From: Methanomicrobiales archaeon
GTDB lineage: Archaea > Halobacteriota > Methanomicrobia > Methanomicrobiales > Methanospirillaceae
Direction: 5' to 3'
DNA: 64,000 nucleotides
Assembly (NCBI GenBank): GCA_037137755.1
Contig: JBAXJR010000005.1
Coordinates: 23,026 to 87,025 of the forward strand
The notes beneath the pieces are model-generated. The model had not been told where the DNA came from. It saw only the letters and a program-made list of their open reading frames with translations, and made no database searches. The position numbers and the translations under genes are program-made. Positions 18,797 to 27,858 of the stretch are shown one piece after another (within the stretch, counting starts at the first letter, position 1; each line of letters opens with the position of its first letter).

Positions 18797-19516
18797 TTAT
18801 TTCTTTGAACCGGCTGCCCCGGTAATGATCCCGATTGACTGGGTAAAATCAGGGAGCATCTCGCCAGGTATCCCGATGACCATCTCGGTGTCCGCGATAC
18901 CTGAAAATTTCCTTGAACCGTCACAACCAAGTGAAAAATTGGGTTTGCCCGTCAGGTACGGCATTGCGCCCGCATCTGAGCAGACCGACTGGATACCTGC
19001 GCATGAACCGGTGACCCGCCCGCCAAGCCTGAACAATGAAGATTGTGCGAGTTTCAGCATTGCCCAGGGGCTTGCCATTATGATAACAACATGTGGTGTG
19101 AACGGGGTTTTCTCCAGCGGGGCGTATATCGTGGCGTATGTTGACCCCGAAGGGAGGTGGGGGATCTGTTCAATAGTCCGTTTACATGCGGCGGGGGTGT
19201 TGAATTTTCCAAGCTTGTAATAGAAATCCCCGCTTTTCAGTGTCGGGGTGATTTCCCTGAGACCGAGAGCCCATGCACCCCCGTTACATTCATGCCTTGA
19301 CGAAGTCGAATAGAATATCCGGCCTTCTGTTCTCGCAAGGTTCACCATGGTGCAATGCCTGATGGTCTTGTCGAGTTCTTCAATCCCGGGAGGGATCTCC
19401 TCCTTTGTCGCGGCAAATTTGACGGCAACCGGAGAACCTGTCATTTTCAGGGCATTTTTAAGGATTTCAGAGGACTCAGCATAGTGTATCGGGATTTTCA
19501 TGGCATCGTCGGTCAT
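18797..19516 (-). CDS. DUF169 family protein
   Basis: SPVAVKF, IRHCTMV, HECNGGAWALG, GIQSVCSD, SLGCDGSRKFSGI. Confidence 0.8.
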   Translation of the reverse strand: MTDDAMKIPIHYAESSEILKNALKMTGSPVAVKFAATKEEIPPGIEELDKTIRHCTMVNLARTEGRIFYSTSSRHECNGGAWALGLREITPTLKSGDFYYKLGKFNTPAACKRTIEQIPHLPSGSTYATIYAPLEKTPFTPHVVIIMASPWAMLKLAQSSLFRLGGRVTGSCAGIQSVCSDAGAMPYLTGKPNFSLGCDGSRKFSGIADTEMVIGIPGEMLPDFTQSIGIITGAAGSKK

Positions 19517-19558
19517 TGGTACCTGGCTCCGTGACCCAATTGTTAGCGGGTCTTAATC

Positions 19559-19574
19559 ACTCATATGCGCGTAA
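19559..19574 (-). promoter_or_regulatory. Operator-like motif immediately downstream of a TATA-like box
   Basis: ACTCATATGCGCGTAA. Minus-strand TTTTTATAA lies directly upstream. Confidence 0.55.
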
Positions 19575-19607
19575 TTATAAAAAAGGGTATCATCGTAACC
19601 CAGGCGG

Positions 19608-20009
19608 TTACCCGGTATCTGTCGTGTCCTGTTCCGGCTTCCGGGTAGTACCTGCACAGTTACACGGGCACTGTCCCCGGGCCGCTTTCTGGCACCCGGC
19701 TATTTCAATTCCTTTTCCGTTGACGAGTGCATCCGCAATTTTCCGTCGCACCTCCTGGAGGTCACGCCAGGCAGTCTTCCGCGAGACGCCGAGTTTTTGT
19801 GCGGCTTCTTCCTGTTCCAGCCCTTCGATATCGATGAGCCGGACGAGTTCAATCTCCTCCGGGTTCAGTGAGATCACCGCCAGGTCTTCATCACCGGAAC
19901 ACCGTGGCTGGAAACACCGTGATTCAGGGCTTCCTGATATCATCCGGCGGACCCGGGGCCTCCCCCGGCGGTGACATACTTCCTCCGGGATTATTGGGTT
20001 ATCAGCCAT
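19608..20009 (-). CDS. DUF134 (UPF0251) HTH DNA-binding protein with Cys-rich tail
   Basis: RGRPRVRR, EEIELVRLIDIEGLEQEEAAQKLGVSRKT, RRKIADALVNGK. Confidence 0.85.
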   Translation of the reverse strand: MADNPIIPEEVCHRRGRPRVRRMISGSPESRCFQPRCSGDEDLAVISLNPEEIELVRLIDIEGLEQEEAAQKLGVSRKTAWRDLQEVRRKIADALVNGKGIEIAGCQKAARGQCPCNCAGTTRKPEQDTTDTG

Positions 20010-20342
20010 TATTGTATCCTCTTGAGCTCCGGGGCGTGTTGTTATCCTGATATATTTTGTCAGGTATTAACATGAGGCTTTCTGACTGTTGGGAACTCTT
20101 CCGGGGTATACCACTTTCACCAAGGCCTGTCATGGATTCCGGCAAGGCCCAGGAAAACTGTATACGGGACTGTACCATTCCGGGCCATAATCCAGGGCAT
20201 TGCTCTCCTCTCCGGGGTTATCCGGGAAAATATGGTTCCGGGACGTCCGGCATTGAATGGACAATTCAGATCCAATTCGCCCCAATGCAAAAAGCCAATA
20301 AAAAGAAGGCCCGGATGGGCTGCTTCGTTGCCCCCTCCCGGA

Positions 20343-22616
20343 TCATGGCGCGAACCGGTAATCTTCTTTTGGTACGGCAATCTCAAACCTGGCTCCCTTA
20401 CCTGGTTCGCCGGTTTCTGTCATTGAAAACCCGGTGATTGAAAGTATCTCCTTCGAGAGGAATAATCCAAAACCGGTATGTTTTCCGTAGCCCCTTTCAA
20501 ATATACGCTCTTTTTCATCAAAGCTGATGCCTACACCATTATCCTCATAGATCAGGTGCAGGGTCTCATCAACGGTAACATGGCAGGAAAACCGTATTGT
20601 GGTGACATGTATTCCATGCCGCAGGGCGTTCTCCATCAGCGTGAAAAAGGTCTTTTCCAGGAGGGGATCTGCATAGACCTCGAGATTGTCAAGGTTGATG
20701 GTAAGAGCGACTGCTCCCGGCAGGAGACCGGTTTTTGCTTTCCTGATCAGTCCCTCCACATTCTGCCATGTCGGGGCATGCACACCGATATCCTGGTACG
20801 TTTTTGTGAACAGGATCTCCTCCTCAATACTTTTTGCAGCCACCTGGGCCTTTCTGATGAATTCACGGACCTCCGGGTCAGAGGTAGTTGCCTGCATCTC
20901 AAAGAGTGAAAGGTACCCTTTCAGTACCGTGAGATGGTTCAGGATATCGTGGCGGGTCACCGAGTTTAACAGGTTGAGCTTGGTATTTGCCTGGCGATAT
21001 GCTCCCTGTGCGGTCTCGAGCTCCGCAGTCCGCTCCGCGATCCGCGTTTCCAGTTCATGGTATAATGTACGGAGTTCCTCTTCCGCTTCCTTCCGGGAGG
21101 TGATGTCAACGATTGATCCTTCGACAATGTCCCCGTTATTTTTTAACCGGGCCGCTACCTCGCCCCAGAATACCTTCCCTGTTGCAGGGTTTCTGAACTG
21201 CATTTCATATCCATTGAAAAAACCATCCCGGGATAAGATTACCCGTACCTCCTCCATGTCCTGCCGGTTCGCATAATCCGAAAAGATTGATGTTCCGATA
21301 ACCCCTCCAAGGGACGGTGCACTGAACATGTCACACAACCGCTGATTCCCGGAAATAAGTGTATTGCTAGTCAGGTTTATCTCGAAAAGAGCGATACGGG
21401 CAGAAAGGTAGAGATCGCGGTATTTTTGTTCACTCTCACGGAGCGCTGTTTCACTCAGAAGGATTGTATCGAGCGCTTCCCGCAATGATGTCACCATGTG
21501 GTTAATACTCTGTTCGAGCACCTGGAACTCGGTTATTTCCATCGATGCAATCCTGCGATTATAATCACCTCTGGCAATCCGGTCCACATCAGAAACAATA
21601 TCCCCGATAGGTTGTGACAATGCGCGGGAGAGGATCACCGCCAAACCTAAGCCAACAATTAATCCTAATAATGCGATCAGGATAATACTGGGGAACTGGT
21701 GGGAAATGACCGAATCCAGCAGCGTTGTGTTGTAGGTAATTTCCACGACCCGGCTCACATCAGACCCGTATTCCATATTTTTCAAATCAATGAAAAGATA
21801 GGTCACCGACTTCCCGGTCGCCGGTTGCGTAATGACCGTTCCTGATCTGTTGCTGATTACACCAGTGAGCGCCGCCTTCACACCATCGTCCGGGACATAG
21901 GTGGCATTCTCCACGAGGTGTCCCGTTATATCGAAAATACGGATGTTCTCTATGGAGGGGTTGTTTGAGGCAAGGGTATTGATGATATTCTGGTAGTCCA
22001 GCGCTTCCCTTTCTTTACTGAATGCAATCCCGCTCAACCCGAGTTCAAGGATATACCGGTGGTCCGGGGTGGGCATGTAGGCGAATTTCCGGAGAGACCC
22101 GTCACCTCTTTTTTCATTGACAACACGGTCCGGGAAAAATCCGTCGGAATTCCGGATCCTGGTAAGGTACTCATAGAAATACGGGACTGCTTTAAAGTCG
22201 ACCCCCAGTTCCGGTTGGTACGTGGTATATTCGATAACCCCTGACTCGTTAATAATGTAGATATCATACTGGTCTCCGAGCTCCTGCCTGACTGCACCAA
22301 GGTCCATCTTGGCAGGATCATTACCGGCACGCTGGTATTCCTGCATTACACGGTCGAGTCCACGATTCATTTCCTTGTTTAACGAGTTATCAAAAAGGGT
22401 AAAACCCGCATCGACCAGTCTCACCGCTGCGATGATATCCTGTTCAGTCTGGCCCTGTGTGTGGGCCGAATTTTCATTGATCAGGTTCCTGGTGGTAAAA
22501 AAATTATTCATGCTCATGAGTCCCACGACAATTACCGTGAGCAGCACCATCGCTACGAGGAGATAGAAGAAGAACGACCTGCTCCGGGGGGTTCTTTGGG
22601 AATTTGGGGACATCAC
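20343..22616 (-). CDS. Membrane sensor histidine kinase (extracellular domain, HAMP, PAS, HisKA/HATPase)
   Basis: Two TM segments, HAMP (PIGDIVSDVDRIARGDY), VTRHDILNHL, ENALRHG, DNGVG, GFGLFL. Confidence 0.9.
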   Translation of the reverse strand: MMSPNSQRTPRSRSFFFYLLVAMVLLTVIVVGLMSMNNFFTTRNLINENSAHTQGQTEQDIIAAVRLVDAGFTLFDNSLNKEMNRGLDRVMQEYQRAGNDPAKMDLGAVRQELGDQYDIYIINESGVIEYTTYQPELGVDFKAVPYFYEYLTRIRNSDGFFPDRVVNEKRGDGSLRKFAYMPTPDHRYILELGLSGIAFSKEREALDYQNIINTLASNNPSIENIRIFDITGHLVENATYVPDDGVKAALTGVISNRSGTVITQPATGKSVTYLFIDLKNMEYGSDVSRVVEITYNTTLLDSVISHQFPSIILIALLGLIVGLGLAVILSRALSQPIGDIVSDVDRIARGDYNRRIASMEITEFQVLEQSINHMVTSLREALDTILLSETALRESEQKYRDLYLSARIALFEINLTSNTLISGNQRLCDMFSAPSLGGVIGTSIFSDYANRQDMEEVRVILSRDGFFNGYEMQFRNPATGKVFWGEVAARLKNNGDIVEGSIVDITSRKEAEEELRTLYHELETRIAERTAELETAQGAYRQANTKLNLLNSVTRHDILNHLTVLKGYLSLFEMQATTSDPEVREFIRKAQVAAKSIEEEILFTKTYQDIGVHAPTWQNVEGLIRKAKTGLLPGAVALTINLDNLEVYADPLLEKTFFTLMENALRHGIHVTTIRFSCHVTVDETLHLIYEDNGVGISFDEKERIFERGYGKHTGFGLFLSKEILSITGFSMTETGEPGKGARFEIAVPKEDYRFAP

Positions 22617-22737
22617 GGTAATCCATGGATCACTATCTTTCCGGTTATATGGCCGGAAAGGGTATGTATAGTGTGAATTTTATGATGTCAGCTCTCTACA
22701 CGATAACATTACCGAAAAAAATTTTGCTTTTCATCCA

Positions 22738-23793
22738 CTATGGTTCAACAAACCTGAATTCGCCTTCAGGTACTGATATCTCGAACCTGGCCCCTTTCCC
22801 CGGTATGCCGTTCTCTTTTATCGATAATCCGGTTATACCAAGGATTTCCCGGCTCAAAAATAGACCAAAACCGGTGTTTTTCCCAAATCCTTTATGGAAG
22901 ATCCGCTCCTTGTCCTCTGCAGACACCCCGGTCCCGTTGTCCTCATAGATGATACATAATTCTTTATTGGCGGATTTCTGGTAAGAGAAGCTTATCTGGG
23001 TGACATGTTCTCCATGCCTGAGGGAATTGTCAACCAGGTTCCCGAACACCTTTTCAAGCATCGGGTCCCCGTACACCTCAAGATTCCCCAGGTCATCCGT
23101 CAGCCGGATATCATGCAGGGGTATTAATGAGGTTATTTTTTCTACGTATCCAGCGATGTTCTGCCATTGCGGGGCCTGGACACCGATATCCTGGTAATCC
23201 TTGGTGAAGGCAATCTGGCGACCTATGGTATTCGCAGCGTTCTCGCTTTTCTCCAGAAAATTTATTACTTCGGTATCTGAAATTCTCTCCCGTGCGAGGT
23301 CAAGATACCCGATAAGAACCGTCAGCTGGTTGAAAATATCATGCCTGGTAATGTTCGAGAGAAGGTTTAACTTTTTATTGGCAGTTTCAAATGCCCGCTG
23401 GGATGCATGCAATTCAGAATTACGGTCTACAACCTCAATGTGACAGTCATTCTTATAATCGGCAAGAGTGCCGACCACTAATGCCACGATGAACAGCATT
23501 AAGGCCCGTATGAGCGATTCGAACGGAAATATCCCCGTGATGTAGCTTGCCACCACTACCTGGAGACCCCCGAATAGTAGTGCAACCCAGATCGCCTTTT
23601 TCCCGTACCAGAGGCCGGCAACGACGACGATAAGGTAGAAAAACTGCGTATATACCACCGTGATATGGAGATAAAAATGGATGACAAGTTCAAGGAACAG
23701 TCCGGTCGCGACGAGGAGGGCAAAAACATAGGGCTGGGCGCTGCTCGTGCTGGTAAGCCATGATTCACCGGATGCCGGTCCCTGGTCTGTCAT
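22738..23793 (-). CDS. Membrane sensor histidine kinase
   Basis: Hydrophobic multi-TM N-terminus, ITRHDIFNQL, DNSLRHG, DNGTG, GFGLFL. Confidence 0.9.
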   Translation of the reverse strand: MTDQGPASGESWLTSTSSAQPYVFALLVATGLFLELVIHFYLHITVVYTQFFYLIVVVAGLWYGKKAIWVALLFGGLQVVVASYITGIFPFESLIRALMLFIVALVVGTLADYKNDCHIEVVDRNSELHASQRAFETANKKLNLLSNITRHDIFNQLTVLIGYLDLARERISDTEVINFLEKSENAANTIGRQIAFTKDYQDIGVQAPQWQNIAGYVEKITSLIPLHDIRLTDDLGNLEVYGDPMLEKVFGNLVDNSLRHGEHVTQISFSYQKSANKELCIIYEDNGTGVSAEDKERIFHKGFGKNTGFGLFLSREILGITGLSIKENGIPGKGARFEISVPEGEFRFVEP

Positions 23794-24008
23794 ATAGTTT
23801 CAATCGCCTGGTATTGCGGATAAAGCAGGATGTAGTAAAATGAGGATGGGTGATATTTATCCTTCACTGCCAAATCCGGACATTGATTATTGGCAGGCTG
23901 GTTTCTGACTTTTTTTATCTTTTTCAAAAAACTATTCGCCAGGACCCAGATTCCAGGGAAGGGAATGGACCCATTGCGGTGGTCCGTTTAGCCCCCTTGG
24001 AATTTTGT

Positions 24009-24566
24009 TTATTCATTATCCTTTTTATTTATCCGATCATACGAGGAGATTAAATATTTTGAGCGTTCCGATAATTTCCTGGTCTGCTCCGACACGCGTA
24101 CCGGATCAATTGTGGCATCTATCAGGATATCAAAACTGATCTCGTTCATCCAGTTGGCCTTCTCGAACATACTCATGAAACAGACCCCGATTACCGCTGA
24201 GTCCTTGTGGCGGGCGAGCATACGTTTTGCATCACCAACGGTCACCGGGACGTTCGGCATGGCGAGCCCCCCCATGATGACCTGTGCACCGGGCATGAGC
24301 ACCATGTGGTCTTGTGAGATCTGCATGCCAACCCCTTCCACGAATATTATTTTTTTTGCCTGTGCTTCCTTAAAATACGGGACATAGACCTGTTCAAGGC
24401 CGAGCCCGCGGACTGCGAACGCCAGCAGTTCAATAAACGGGGTGCAGGTGCCGGGTACACCATAATACACGATCTGGTATCCTTTTCCAAACTTGTTCGT
24501 TTCAAGATACTGTTTGAAAGGGCGGAGTATTCCGGGGACTCCTTTATGAGGGCTCTGGTCACTCAT
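24009..24566 (-). CDS. DUF2124 family methanogen protein
   Basis: GVPGTCTPFIELLAFAVR, MGGLAMP, GVCFMSMFEKANW, FDILIDATIDPV. Confidence 0.75.
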   Translation of the reverse strand: MSDQSPHKGVPGILRPFKQYLETNKFGKGYQIVYYGVPGTCTPFIELLAFAVRGLGLEQVYVPYFKEAQAKKIIFVEGVGMQISQDHMVLMPGAQVIMGGLAMPNVPVTVGDAKRMLARHKDSAVIGVCFMSMFEKANWMNEISFDILIDATIDPVRVSEQTRKLSERSKYLISSYDRINKKDNE

Positions 24567-24670
24567 TGTTGTCACACGAAAGAGAATCGCACTCGTCGGG
24601 ACTTAATAATGGTGGTTGTACAATTGCCTACAACTAATACCATTCTATGGCCGTTCCGATACCGGTCTCC

Positions 24671-24960
24671 TTAACAGGGCAATTTTAAGCGAGGAATATG
24701 TTTAGATGGCAGTGAGGTGCTATGACAGGCGTAGAGGGCACGTAACCAAAGATCATGCAAATACCTGCGTGTTTTTTCCAATGCGGGCCCATTGGGGGAG
24801 AGGAGGTGGTGCCCGCCGATAATGTCAACCACCCGTTCTTCCCGGCATACTGTTCGCGCTGTCTCTACCCTGTTGCAGATCCCTCTAATGGGTGCAGCTG
24901 GTACAAATAACGAGGCCGTCCCCCTGGTTTTCAGGGCAGGGGCAGAATCTTCCAGGATAC
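24671..24960 (-). pseudogene. Degenerate C-terminal fragment of an MBL-fold hydrolase
   Basis: GICNRVETARTVC..ERVVDIIGGHHL...ACHST resembles GCsH.GicN..IiGGfHL..CHCT with ligands lost. No N-terminal half. Confidence 0.5.
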
Positions 24961-25191
24961 GGTTATTACCGGTTCTGCCGTCGGGCAGGATTATGATTTC
25001 TGCATTATAGCGAATGATGCATGAGGGTCCATATCCTGGTTCATAAGCAGTTACGATTGTTTTTTTATCTCTCAAAACCCGGGGTTCCCCCAGGTAGACC
25101 GGGCATACCTCTCCCCATCGTTCCCGGGTCGTTCCTGCCGAACACGTATATACCGGGTATGACAGAAGATGATACCTGAGGTGTAGTGAGA

Positions 25192-25332
25192 ATGGCTATT
25201 GATCCGATCTGTAAGATGACCGTGGATGAAAAAACCGCGAAATTAGTCAGCGAGTACAAGGGGAAGAACTATTATTTCTGTGCCCCGGGCTGCAAGAAGA
25301 AATTTGACGCTGACCCGGAAAAGTATGCCTGA
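25192..25332 (+). CDS. YHS/TRASH-domain small metal-binding protein (46 aa, below ORF-track cutoff)
   Basis: MAIDPICKMTVDEKTAKLVSEYKGKNYYFCAPGCKKKFDADPEKYA*, preceded by GAGGTG. Confidence 0.9.
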   Translation: MAIDPICKMTVDEKTAKLVSEYKGKNYYFCAPGCKKKFDADPEKYA

Positions 25333-25433
25333 AGAGACGGGAATGTGGATCCCCGGCATACTAACCAGGGACAATTCTTTTCTTTACTGGCTGGTATGAA
25401 TATTCTGTCATGGAGTTATGTTGCTAACATGAG

Positions 25434-25970
25434 GTGGTCCAGATTCTTGAAATGTTAACCCAGGCGACATGGTCGCCATACGTGGCAGGGGCCGGCATCG
25501 GCATTCTCGTCTGTCTTGCCTTTCTTCTCTCGAACCGGCCGATAGGCTGTTCATCCGGTTTTGTCAAGGCTGATGGACTGATAGGAAAAACCATCAGTCC
25601 TTCGCATGTCGAAAAGAAAGAATATTACCGGGAGATTATCCCTGAAGTGGACTGGGCGTTCATGCTCATCCCGGGCATCGTGATCGGTGCCTTCATCTCG
25701 TCTATGCTTTCCGGCCAGTTCCATCTCATTATTGTCCCGGCAACATGGAGTGCTACATTTGGCAACACCCCGGTACTCCGGATAATCGTTGCGATGCTTG
25801 GCGGGGCCCTCCTTGGCTTCGGTGCCCGCTGGGCCGGCGGATGCACGAGTGGTCACGGGATCAGCGGGTCCATCCAGCTCTCGCTTGCCAGCATGATCTC
25901 GGCTGCATGTTTCTTTGCCGGTGGGATCGGGATGGCCATGTTTCTGTTCTACGTGATCGGGGGTGCTTAA
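25434..25970 (+). CDS. YeeE/YedE sulfur-compound transporter family, subunit 1
   Basis: WSPYVAGAGIG, PIGCSS, GFGARWAGGCTSGHGISG. Confidence 0.85.
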   Translation: MVQILEMLTQATWSPYVAGAGIGILVCLAFLLSNRPIGCSSGFVKADGLIGKTISPSHVEKKEYYREIIPEVDWAFMLIPGIVIGAFISSMLSGQFHLIIVPATWSATFGNTPVLRIIVAMLGGALLGFGARWAGGCTSGHGISGSIQLSLASMISAACFFAGGIGMAMFLFYVIGGA

Positions 25971-26538
25971 ATTGGGCGAATTATTTACCGGCATTCACAG
26001 GGACCGGGGCCTCCAGGTAATCCTAGGTCTCCTGTTTGGGATCATGTTCGGGTTCCTGCTCCAGAAAGGCGGGGTGACGAGCTACAACGTGATTATTGCG
26101 CAGCTGCTCCTCACTGATTTCACCGTGATGAAAGTGATGCTCTCTGCTGTCATCGTGGGTATGATCGGCCTTGCACTGCTGAAACATTTCGGGTATGTCC
26201 AGCCTCATCCTGCATCCGGGACCATTGGCTCGAACGTGGTCGGCGGGATTATATTCGGATTTGGGTTCGCTCTGCTTGGTTACTGCCCGGGAACGGTAGC
26301 AGGTGCGGTTGGGACGGGAGCTATTGATGCCCTGATCGGTGGTGTGGTAGGAATCCTGGCAGGTATCGCCGTCTTTGTCGAATTCTACCCGGATATTAAG
26401 GCACGGTTCCTTGTGAAAGGCCCACTTCCTGCTGTCACGCTGCCGGAATTTCTGAAGCTCCCTACATGGCTCACTATTATCATCATGGAAGCCGCGATGA
26501 TTGGGTTCCTGCTGCTGCTTGAATACCTTGGATATTGA
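25963..26538 (+). CDS. YeeE/YedE sulfur-compound transporter family, subunit 2
   Basis: FGFLLQKGGV, GGIIFGFGFALLGYCPGT. Overlaps the upstream gene. Confidence 0.85.
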   Translation: MLKLGELFTGIHRDRGLQVILGLLFGIMFGFLLQKGGVTSYNVIIAQLLLTDFTVMKVMLSAVIVGMIGLALLKHFGYVQPHPASGTIGSNVVGGIIFGFGFALLGYCPGTVAGAVGTGAIDALIGGVVGILAGIAVFVEFYPDIKARFLVKGPLPAVTLPEFLKLPTWLTIIIMEAAMIGFLLLLEYLGY

Positions 26539-26718
26539 GTGTCGTTCGTAAGAAGGGTGAGGAAAAACCTCCACCTGTCGTTTTATTAATTCCTCTCCAA
26601 CACCCCTTGTTCCATTCCGGGTTTGGGAATGCGTTTTATGATAGTTCTCTACCCCGATACGTTCTTTTTCAGACGATTACGGTGACGATGAACCACCTCC
26701 CGGGATGGAAGGCGGTCG

Positions 26719-26952
26719 GTGAGAAAGGCCCTCCTGGATGATCTGAAACTGTTTCCCAGGGAGACTTATGATGATGTTGTAAAACGCCTGGCTGAAATGG
26801 CGTATGATAATGAACCACTCACCAAAGAAGAACTTGAAGCGATTCAGGAAAGTGAGGAGGATATCAAAGCCGGAAGGGTCTATTCGATCGAGGAGGTTAT
26901 GAAAGAACTTGGCGACGAGGACCACATCAGGAACATGAGGAAGAGGCGCTGA
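26719..26952 (+). CDS. Antitoxin (archaeal RelB-like), N-terminus possibly truncated
   Basis: LDDLK.FPRETYDDVVKRL...EPLTKEELEAIQESEEDIKAGRVYSIEEV. TGATG coupling to the toxin. Confidence 0.65.
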   Translation: MRKALLDDLKLFPRETYDDVVKRLAEMAYDNEPLTKEELEAIQESEEDIKAGRVYSIEEVMKELGDEDHIRNMRKRR

Positions 26953-27221
26953 TGCTGAAGTACTCCATCTCCTTCACCCGCCGGGCAAAGAAGAACTTAA
27001 TGGACATCCCTGCTGAAGTGAGACATAAGATTGAGGGGGCCCTTTTTGCATTTGCATCCGATCCAGGTCCTCACCATGATGTGAAGAAGATGCATGGATC
27101 TCATAAATCCCGTCCACTATACCGGCTATGCGTGGGTGAGTACCGGGTCCTCAAGTACTTGTATAATGGTACGCTCGTTGTTGAGGTTATCTCAGTATTA
27201 AAGCGCGAAATGGCATATTGA
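26952..27221 (+). CDS. RelE/ParE family toxin, possibly attenuated
   Basis: FTRRAKKNL...VKKMHG...YRLCVGEYRVL, with C where RelE-like proteins usually have R (RLRVG). Confidence 0.75.
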   Translation: MLKYSISFTRRAKKNLMDIPAEVRHKIEGALFAFASDPGPHHDVKKMHGSHKSRPLYRLCVGEYRVLKYLYNGTLVVEVISVLKREMAY

Positions 27222-27399
27222 TCGTTAGATGAGATTCAGATTAACCGTGATGTCGGTTGGCATGTACGTGAAATCCCTTCAAAAATAATGATTGCCGTTA
27301 TCTGGACCATTCAATGGTCTGTTATTACCCGCTTAGCGTAACCGTATTATTCCGGTGTATAACCAACCGCCCGGGCTTGCGTGCCCGGGGTGATCTCCA

Positions 27400-27697
27400 C
27401 GAGAATATCTCGAAAATCCCCGGGAATGGCCGCATATCGTAATCGGCGATAGCTATCATTCGATTATTACTGGTCCCCAAGGAATTACCGACTTCTTCTG
27501 TGGACCGGATCTGCTGCGGGTTATCGGAATTGTTCCGGTATCCCGATATATTTTCAAAGGTTGGTCCACTCGTCTGCGGGTGATGTGCCGGATCTTTGCT
27601 GTCAGCCCGGAGGATTCTGGTCTCCCGTCCTGGCGTATTGCCCACAGAATCTTCATCCTGCTCAACTTCATCACCGGGTTGTGTTTAGGGCCCCACA
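27400..27697 (-). mobile_element. IS481-family-like transposase remnant; left coordinate approximate
   Basis: Minus strand begins TGTGGGGCCCTAAACACAACCCGGTG-ATG (5'-TGT end), then MKLSRMKILWAIRQ...AKIRHITRRRVDQ..KIYRDTG HTH followed by stops. No DDE domain. Confidence 0.55.
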
Positions 27698-27858
27698 TTT
27701 GAATGAGCAAATACGTTCAGAACTCTGCACCCATTGAGACGTGATCTGTCAACCGATCGGGCAGAAATGTCCGTCTCCTCCAGCCCCGGGATCATGGTTC
27801 TAACATCACATACTATATATCCAATCAACCGAAACTGGGAACATACTGTGCGATACTC

